From Polyangiales bacterium (GTDB lineage: Bacteria; Myxococcota_A; Polyangia; Polyangiales; Polyangiaceae): a DNA stretch of 64,000 nucleotides. Below, in pieces: positions 59,188 through 64,000 of this stretch; the stretch's first letter is position 1; each line of letters opens with the position of its first letter. The notes under the pieces are model-generated. The model was not told where the DNA came from and ran no database searches. It saw only the letters and a program-made list of their open reading frames with translations. The DNA lies in the NCBI GenBank assembly GCA_038231275.1, contig JBBRLQ010000003.1, forward strand, positions 236,340 through 300,339. Direction: 5' to 3'. A program made the translations under genes and the position numbers.

Positions 59188-59673
59188 ATGAACCCTGCGC
59201 GCCGACCGTCGCCTCTTCTTCTTCGCACTTTCGTCCGCCGCGGCGCGATCGCGTTCGCGCTGGTCCTCGGCGCCGTGGCCTGCTCGGCCTCGGACTCCGC
59301 GCAGGACGAAGGGGACGGCGAGGACACGTACACGTCCGACAGCGCGGAGCTCCAGACCGCGGGGCCCTGCGCCGGCAAGCCGATCGATCACGCGGTGAAG
59401 TGCGCGCAGGCGAAGGGCGCGCGTGTGCTGAGCTACTACCGGAGCGTCGCCGAGCAGGAGCGCGTGCGCCGTGAGAACGGGTGCCACGATCGCTGCACCG
59501 GACAGGCCGGCTGCATCCGTCCGACCGCGGGGTGCACGACGTCGCCGCACACGCGCTGCACCGCTGTGGACCTCGTCAATGACGGCGCGCCGGTCAGCCG
59601 CGCGGCACTCCACGCGTGTGGACTAGCGAAGACGACGGCGCCGCACGCGAACCACTACGATCTCGTGAACTGA
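59188..59673 (+). CDS. Small lipoprotein, LAS/peptidase-M15-like zinc-site candidate
   Basis: 161 aa from MNPARRPSPLLL…LGAVACSASDS; H-x6-D (SPHTRCTAVD) and C-terminal HANH resemble Zn ligands of hedgehog/DD-peptidase fold; assignment tentative. Confidence 0.45.
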   Translation: MNPARRPSPLLLRTFVRRGAIAFALVLGAVACSASDSAQDEGDGEDTYTSDSAELQTAGPCAGKPIDHAVKCAQAKGARVLSYYRSVAEQERVRRENGCHDRCTGQAGCIRPTAGCTTSPHTRCTAVDLVNDGAPVSRAALHACGLAKTTAPHANHYDLVN

Positions 59674-59712
59674 ACGCGCCGCTTGGCGCTACTTGGCGCT
59701 ACCCTGCGCGGC

Positions 59713-60432
59713 ATGGCGGAATCGATCGTGCTGGTGACGGGAGCTGGAGGCGCGCTGGGCGGCGCGGTGGCGCGGCGCTCCATCAAGGACGGCATGCGTG
59801 TCGTCCTCGTGGATCTCGCTCGCGGGCGCGCGCGGCTCGAAGCCCTCGCGAAGGAGCTTGGCGCGGAGCGCGCGCTCGTCGAGACCTTCGAGCTCGCCGA
59901 CGCACCGGCGTGGACGGCGTCGCTGGGGCGGGTGAAAGAGAGATTCGGCGGCTTCCCGACGCGCGCGGTCCTCGTGGCAGGCGGATGGGGCGGAGGAACG
60001 CCACTTCACGCGTCCAAAGACGACGCGACCTGGCACGCGATGATGCGCGCGAACGCGGACACCGTGCTGGCATCGCTACGGGCGCTACTCCCGGGGATGG
60101 TGGCCGCGAAGGACGGGAGCGTCGTCGTCATCGGCTCGCGCGCCGTCGAGCGTCCGTGGACGAGCACGAACGCCGCGGAGTACGGCGCGTCGAAGGCGGC
60201 GGTGGTGGCGCTCGCGCAGGCGGTCGCGCAAGAGGTGCTGGAGCACGGCGTGCGCGTCAACAGCATCTTGCCGAGCACGATGGATACGCCGGCCAACCGC
60301 GCGTCGATGCCCGACGTCGATCCGGCGCGCTGGGTCACGACCGACTCGGCGGCGGCGGTGTGCTCCTTTCTCTTGTCCGACGCGTCGCGTGACGTCTCTG
60401 GCGCGGCGCTGCCGGTCTACGGGAGGGCGTGA
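59713..60432 (+). CDS. SDR-family oxidoreductase
   Basis: 239 aa; TGAGGALG cofactor motif, catalytic YGASK. Confidence 0.85.
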   Translation: MAESIVLVTGAGGALGGAVARRSIKDGMRVVLVDLARGRARLEALAKELGAERALVETFELADAPAWTASLGRVKERFGGFPTRAVLVAGGWGGGTPLHASKDDATWHAMMRANADTVLASLRALLPGMVAAKDGSVVVIGSRAVERPWTSTNAAEYGASKAAVVALAQAVAQEVLEHGVRVNSILPSTMDTPANRASMPDVDPARWVTTDSAAAVCSFLLSDASRDVSGAALPVYGRA

Positions 60433-60434
60433 CC

Positions 60435-61127
60435 ATGCGATTCCTCGTTGCCGCTGCCGCCGTCACGCTCGCCGCATGCACGCCGGCCCCCTCCTCGACC
60501 GCGCCCGCGACCTCGACCACGACCGCGCCCGCGCCCACGACCACGACCACGACCACGACCGCGACCACGCCCACGACCACGACCGCGACCGTCGGAAAGC
60601 CCGCGCCCAATTTCACGTTGAAGGATCTCGACGGCAAGACCACCAGCCTCCACGATCTCCTCGGCAAGACCGTCGTCCTCGAGTGGTTCAACCCCGAGTG
60701 CCCCTTCGTGCGCATGTCGCACACGAAGGGTTCGCTCGTCGGCACCGCCAAGAAGCACATGGGCGCAGGAATCGTGTGGCTAGCGATCAACTCGTCGGCC
60801 CCTGGAAAGCAGGGGAGCGGTCTCGACAAGAACGTCGACGGCAAAAAGCGTTACGACATGCCGAACCCGATCCTCCTCGACGAGTCGGGAGACGTTGGGC
60901 ACACCTACGGCGCCACGAACACGCCGCACCTGTACGTCGTCGATCCGCAAGGCGTGCTCGTCTACAAGGGCGCGATCGACAACTCGCCGGATGGCGAAGG
61001 CGAGTCGCCCACGGGCGGCAAGCTCGTCAATTACGTCGACGCTGCGCTCGGCGATCTCGCCGCGGGCCGTCCGGTCGCCGTCAACGACACGCGCGCCTAC
61101 GGATGCAGCGTGAAATACGCGAAATAG
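60435..61127 (+). CDS. Redoxin/thioredoxin-fold lipoprotein (AhpC/TSA-like)
   Basis: 230 aa; lipobox (TLAACTP), poly-Thr linker, …VVLEWFNPECPFV… single-Cys redox site; GTG at 60429 alternative start overlapping SDR stop. Confidence 0.75.
   Translation: MRFLVAAAAVTLAACTPAPSSTAPATSTTTAPAPTTTTTTTTATTPTTTTATVGKPAPNFTLKDLDGKTTSLHDLLGKTVVLEWFNPECPFVRMSHTKGSLVGTAKKHMGAGIVWLAINSSAPGKQGSGLDKNVDGKKRYDMPNPILLDESGDVGHTYGATNTPHLYVVDPQGVLVYKGAIDNSPDGEGESPTGGKLVNYVDAALGDLAAGRPVAVNDTRAYGCSVKYAK
60510..60595. repeat. (ACCACG)n hexanucleotide tandem repeat coding poly-Thr
   Basis: accacgaccacgaccacgaccgcgaccacgcccacgaccacgaccgcgacc seen directly. Confidence 0.8.
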
Positions 61128-61135
61128 GCTTCAAA

Positions 61136-61690
61136 ATGGCCCTAACGGCGACGCGGATGGAATTCAAAATCGCGCTCTCCGACGCGGAGCGCAAGGTCGA
61201 CGTCGCGCAGTCGCTCATCGTCGCGCGCCATCCGTCGGAGACCATGGAGCACGTCGCGCTGCGTGTGCTCGCGTGGTGCGCGCTCTACGAGGAAGGGCTC
61301 GAGATGGGACAAGGCCTCTCCGATCGCGACGCGCCGGATCTGATCGCGAAGGACGCGCGCGGCGACGTGACGGCGTGGGTCACGTGCGGGCGCGTCCCGT
61401 GGGAGCGGCTCCGAAAGGCGCTCAGCCAGAGCTCCGGCGCGCGCGTGTCGGCGTTCTTCTCGGACGAGCGCCGCGCGGGCGAGCTTCGCGACGAGATCGC
61501 CGCGCTCCCGCGGCCGCCGAAGGAGCTGGGGCGCGTCGACGTGTGGCTCGCCGACGCCGGGCTGATCGGCGCGATCTCCAAGGACGCGCGCCGACAGTCG
61601 TGGACCGTCACGCTCGTCGACGGCCACGCGTACGTCGACGTCGACGGCGCGTCCCACGACGGCACGCTCGCCAAGCAGGACCACGCGTGA
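61136..61690 (+). CDS. yaeQ: YaeQ-family protein
   Basis: 184 aa; …MALTATRMEFKIALSDAERKV…IVARHPSETMEHVALRVLAWCALYEEGLEM… matches remembered YaeQ N-terminal signature. Confidence 0.75.
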   Translation: MALTATRMEFKIALSDAERKVDVAQSLIVARHPSETMEHVALRVLAWCALYEEGLEMGQGLSDRDAPDLIAKDARGDVTAWVTCGRVPWERLRKALSQSSGARVSAFFSDERRAGELRDEIAALPRPPKELGRVDVWLADAGLIGAISKDARRQSWTVTLVDGHAYVDVDGASHDGTLAKQDHA

Positions 61691-62451
61691 TCGTCGGCAC
61701 GTGGAACGTCAACGGCCTGCGCGCGCGCGTCAAAGAGGTGATCGCGTGGAGCGAGCGCGTGAAAGCCGATGTCTTCTGCTTGCAGGAGATCAAGGCGGCG
61801 CCCGACCAAATCGAAGAAGCGCTCTTCCTCTTCCCCGAGTACGCGAGCTACTGGCACGGCCAGAAGGGCGGCTACTCCGGCGTCAGCATCCACCTCAAAA
61901 AATCCACCTTCCCCGAGGTGCGCTTCTCGCACCCGACGTTCGATCTCGAGACGCGCATCGTCGAGGCGCGCGCGGGGGATGCGTCGTTCTTTTCGATCTA
62001 CGTGCCCAACGGCGGCAAAGACTACGCGGCGAAGATCGATTTTCTCGAAGCGCTCGTCGCGCACGTCGGCGAGGCCCGGCGCGCGGGTCGATCGATCGTA
62101 CTCTGCGGTGACCTCAACGTCGCGCGCGCGCCGATGGACGTACACCCCAACCAGCGCGACGAAGAGTCGATCGGCCAGCGCCCCGCCGAGCGAAAGCTCT
62201 TCGAGCAGCTCCTCGCCGCAGGCCTCGTCGACACGTCGCGCGCGCTCTTCCCGACCGACGAGGCGATGTTCTCGTGGTGGCCCTATTGGCGAAACCTCCG
62301 CGCGAAGAACGTCGGCTGGCGGCTCGACTACGTCCTGTCGAGCCCTGACCTCGTCCCCGAGACCTCCACGATCGAGCGAGAATTCGGCACCAGCGATCAC
62401 GGCCCGCTCGTCGTCCGCCTCGGCGAAAACGCCAAAACCCCGCAAAAGTGA
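61687..62451 (+). CDS. xth: Exodeoxyribonuclease III
   Basis: 254 aa from GTG (GTGA overlap with yaeQ); …IVGTWNVNGLRAR…CLQEIK…, …VLCGDLNVA…, …SDHGPLVV…. Confidence 0.9.
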   Translation: MIVGTWNVNGLRARVKEVIAWSERVKADVFCLQEIKAAPDQIEEALFLFPEYASYWHGQKGGYSGVSIHLKKSTFPEVRFSHPTFDLETRIVEARAGDASFFSIYVPNGGKDYAAKIDFLEALVAHVGEARRAGRSIVLCGDLNVARAPMDVHPNQRDEESIGQRPAERKLFEQLLAAGLVDTSRALFPTDEAMFSWWPYWRNLRAKNVGWRLDYVLSSPDLVPETSTIEREFGTSDHGPLVVRLGENAKTPQK

Positions 62452-62473
62452 CGCCCCCAGCAAGGGTGATAGA

Positions 62474-62899
62474 ATGGACCCCATGTCGAAGGAAGCGCTC
62501 GTCGCGACGGTCAAGACCGCCGTGTCTTTGTCGCGCGCGGGGAACCACGAGGACGCGTACGTCGCGTACGCGAAGCTCTACGCAAGCCCCACGTTCATGC
62601 AGAACCGCCCGGAGGATCAGCGTCAGGCGCTGAAGCTCCTCATCCTCGCGAAGCGGCCAGGCATGAAGAACACCGAGAACCTCTTCAACGCCCACCGCGC
62701 GGCGCTGGAGCCGCTCACCGAGATGGTCTCGCGCTACAACGAGCCCGAAGACTACGAGATGCTCGGCGCCTGCCACGCGCTCCTCGGCAACGAGTCGAAC
62801 GCCGCGGCGATCTTCAAAGAGGGCATCAACATCGAACGCGGTCGCAACGCCGGCTCGGATCTCTGTGGCTCGATGATGACCCGCCTCTCCGCGCTCTGA
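62474..62899 (+). CDS. Hypothetical small helical (TPR-like) protein
   Basis: 141 aa from MDPMSKEALVA; good GC3. Confidence 0.6.
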   Translation: MDPMSKEALVATVKTAVSLSRAGNHEDAYVAYAKLYASPTFMQNRPEDQRQALKLLILAKRPGMKNTENLFNAHRAALEPLTEMVSRYNEPEDYEMLGACHALLGNESNAAAIFKEGINIERGRNAGSDLCGSMMTRLSAL

Positions 62900-62935
62900 G
62901 AGTCCTCGACGTGGCCCAGCGCCACGTTTACGAGG

Positions 62936-63940
62936 TCAGCCCGCGTTGAAGCGGACGTCGGTGGCGTGCGTGCGCTGGGCGCGCATGGCCGCGATGGCCT
63001 CGGCGACCTCGCGGCTGCCGGAGTCGCGCGCGGCGGTCTCGAAGCGGGCGAGATCGTCGTCGGCGATGGCGCGGACGAGGCCACCTTCCAGGAGTGTCAT
63101 CAGCTGCGACCAGCGCCCGTCCGCGACGAGCCCGTACGCAAGGAGTCGCAATGCTTCGACCTTCAGCTCGGCGCTGTCGGCGTTCGCCGCCACCGTCTCG
63201 GCGCCCGTGATCGCGGCGCGCGCGTTGCCGGTGTTCAGATCCGACACGGCCTTGGCGAGGGTCTCGCGGAGCGGTCCTTCGTCGGCGCCGCGCTTCGATT
63301 GGGCGAGCATGCGGCCGTTCTGGACCGCGAAGGATACGCAGAGGATCACGATCCAGATCCACCCGGTCGCGAGCGCGCCGAGGCCGACGGCGACCGAGAC
63401 GACGAGGGAGACGATGAGCGCCGCCTTCTCCCCTTTGCCCTGGGTGAGCGCGTTCAGCGTGTGGAGCGTGACGTTGCCGCCGTCGAGCGGGAGCATCGGC
63501 AAGAGGTTGAAGAGCGACCAGTAGCCGTTCACGAAGATGAGCGTCTGCGTCGTCGTCAGCGCGAGCGAGTCGTGCTCGCCGCTGCCGAGCACATTGGGCG
63601 TGAGGCCGAGCACGCCGGTCACCAGCACGATCGCCGCGACCACGAGCCCGACCGCCGGCCCCGCGAGGCTGATGAGGATGCGCCGCCCATTCGAGAGCGG
63701 CTTGCTCGGCGCAAACGACGTGAGGCCGCCCATCGCGTAGAGCTCGACCGCAGGCGCGAGCCCGAACGCGCGGCCCATGAACGCATGCCCGAGCTCGTGC
63801 GCGAAGATGCTCGCGGCGACGACCCCGACCCAGATCGCGATCCGCGCGGGATCGCGCGCGCCGGTCGCGCCGAGGATCACCGTCATCACGAAGAACGACG
63901 CGTGCACCCGCACGGGGATCGAGCCGAAGCGAAACTGCAT
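62936..63940 (-). CDS. Site-2 protease family (peptidase M50) membrane metalloprotease
   Basis: 334 aa; HELGH zinc motif in TM helix, LDG motif (MLPLDGG), C-terminal soluble helical domain. Confidence 0.85.
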   Translation of the reverse strand: MQFRFGSIPVRVHASFFVMTVILGATGARDPARIAIWVGVVAASIFAHELGHAFMGRAFGLAPAVELYAMGGLTSFAPSKPLSNGRRILISLAGPAVGLVVAAIVLVTGVLGLTPNVLGSGEHDSLALTTTQTLIFVNGYWSLFNLLPMLPLDGGNVTLHTLNALTQGKGEKAALIVSLVVSVAVGLGALATGWIWIVILCVSFAVQNGRMLAQSKRGADEGPLRETLAKAVSDLNTGNARAAITGAETVAANADSAELKVEALRLLAYGLVADGRWSQLMTLLEGGLVRAIADDDLARFETAARDSGSREVAEAIAAMRAQRTHATDVRFNAG

Positions 63941-64000
63941 CGCTCAGAACCTTAGCATCGAACCGTCGGCGCGGCCGGATCGGTACAGCTCTGCTACGAC

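Overview
Accessory-rich, high-GC (~70%) chromosomal window, inferred to come from a myxobacterium (Myxococcota). The evidence is sequence-only: a MYXO-CTERM sorting tail, myxobacterial Cys-rich repeats, many lipobox lipoproteins, and R/A-rich spurious antisense ORFs. I call about 56 protein-coding genes and no rRNA, tRNA, CRISPR or mobile-element genes. Many genes are joined by overlapping stop/start codons (ATGA/GTGA), which delimits operons clearly. Recognisable modules, in order: a 5'-truncated acyl-CoA ligase; a MacAB/Lol-type efflux operon (membrane-fusion protein, split ATPase, two FtsX permeases) preceded by a HEAT-repeat protein; a lipoprotein glycan-processing cluster with a GH92 mannosidase; a LytS/LytTR two-component pair next to a polytopic membrane protein; a Kelch lipoprotein divergent from a 1242-aa TPR/helical-repeat protein that is translationally coupled to a single-HKD PLD-family (Nuc-like) protein; FGE/SUMF1-family, PlsC, vWA-lipoprotein, hemerythrin and DctA genes; an NHEJ locus (Ku divergent from a LigD ligase-polymerase protein, coupled to an alpha/beta hydrolase and Aat); RsmE; a huge DUF2339-type membrane protein encoded just downstream of a MYXO-CTERM protein with a candidate His-brace (LPMO/AA10-like) domain; a TerB-like/MoxR/TM2-DUF58/DUF4129 operon translationally fused to acetate kinase and phosphoketolase; Sel1 and LysM-glycosidase-like lipoproteins; a c-type cytochrome-like lipoprotein; a Grx(CGFS)-IscA-like-rhodanese fusion overlapping BolA; and YaeQ-Xth and an M50 protease. 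The most interesting candidates for undescribed biology are (i) the TPR-giant + PLD-nuclease couple, (ii) the His-brace MYXO-CTERM protein + DUF2339 giant + His-rich protein neighbourhood, and (iii) the MoxR/TM2-DUF58/DUF4129 operon fused to the AckA-Xfp pathway. Every functional call comes from reading motifs in the translations; no database search was possible.
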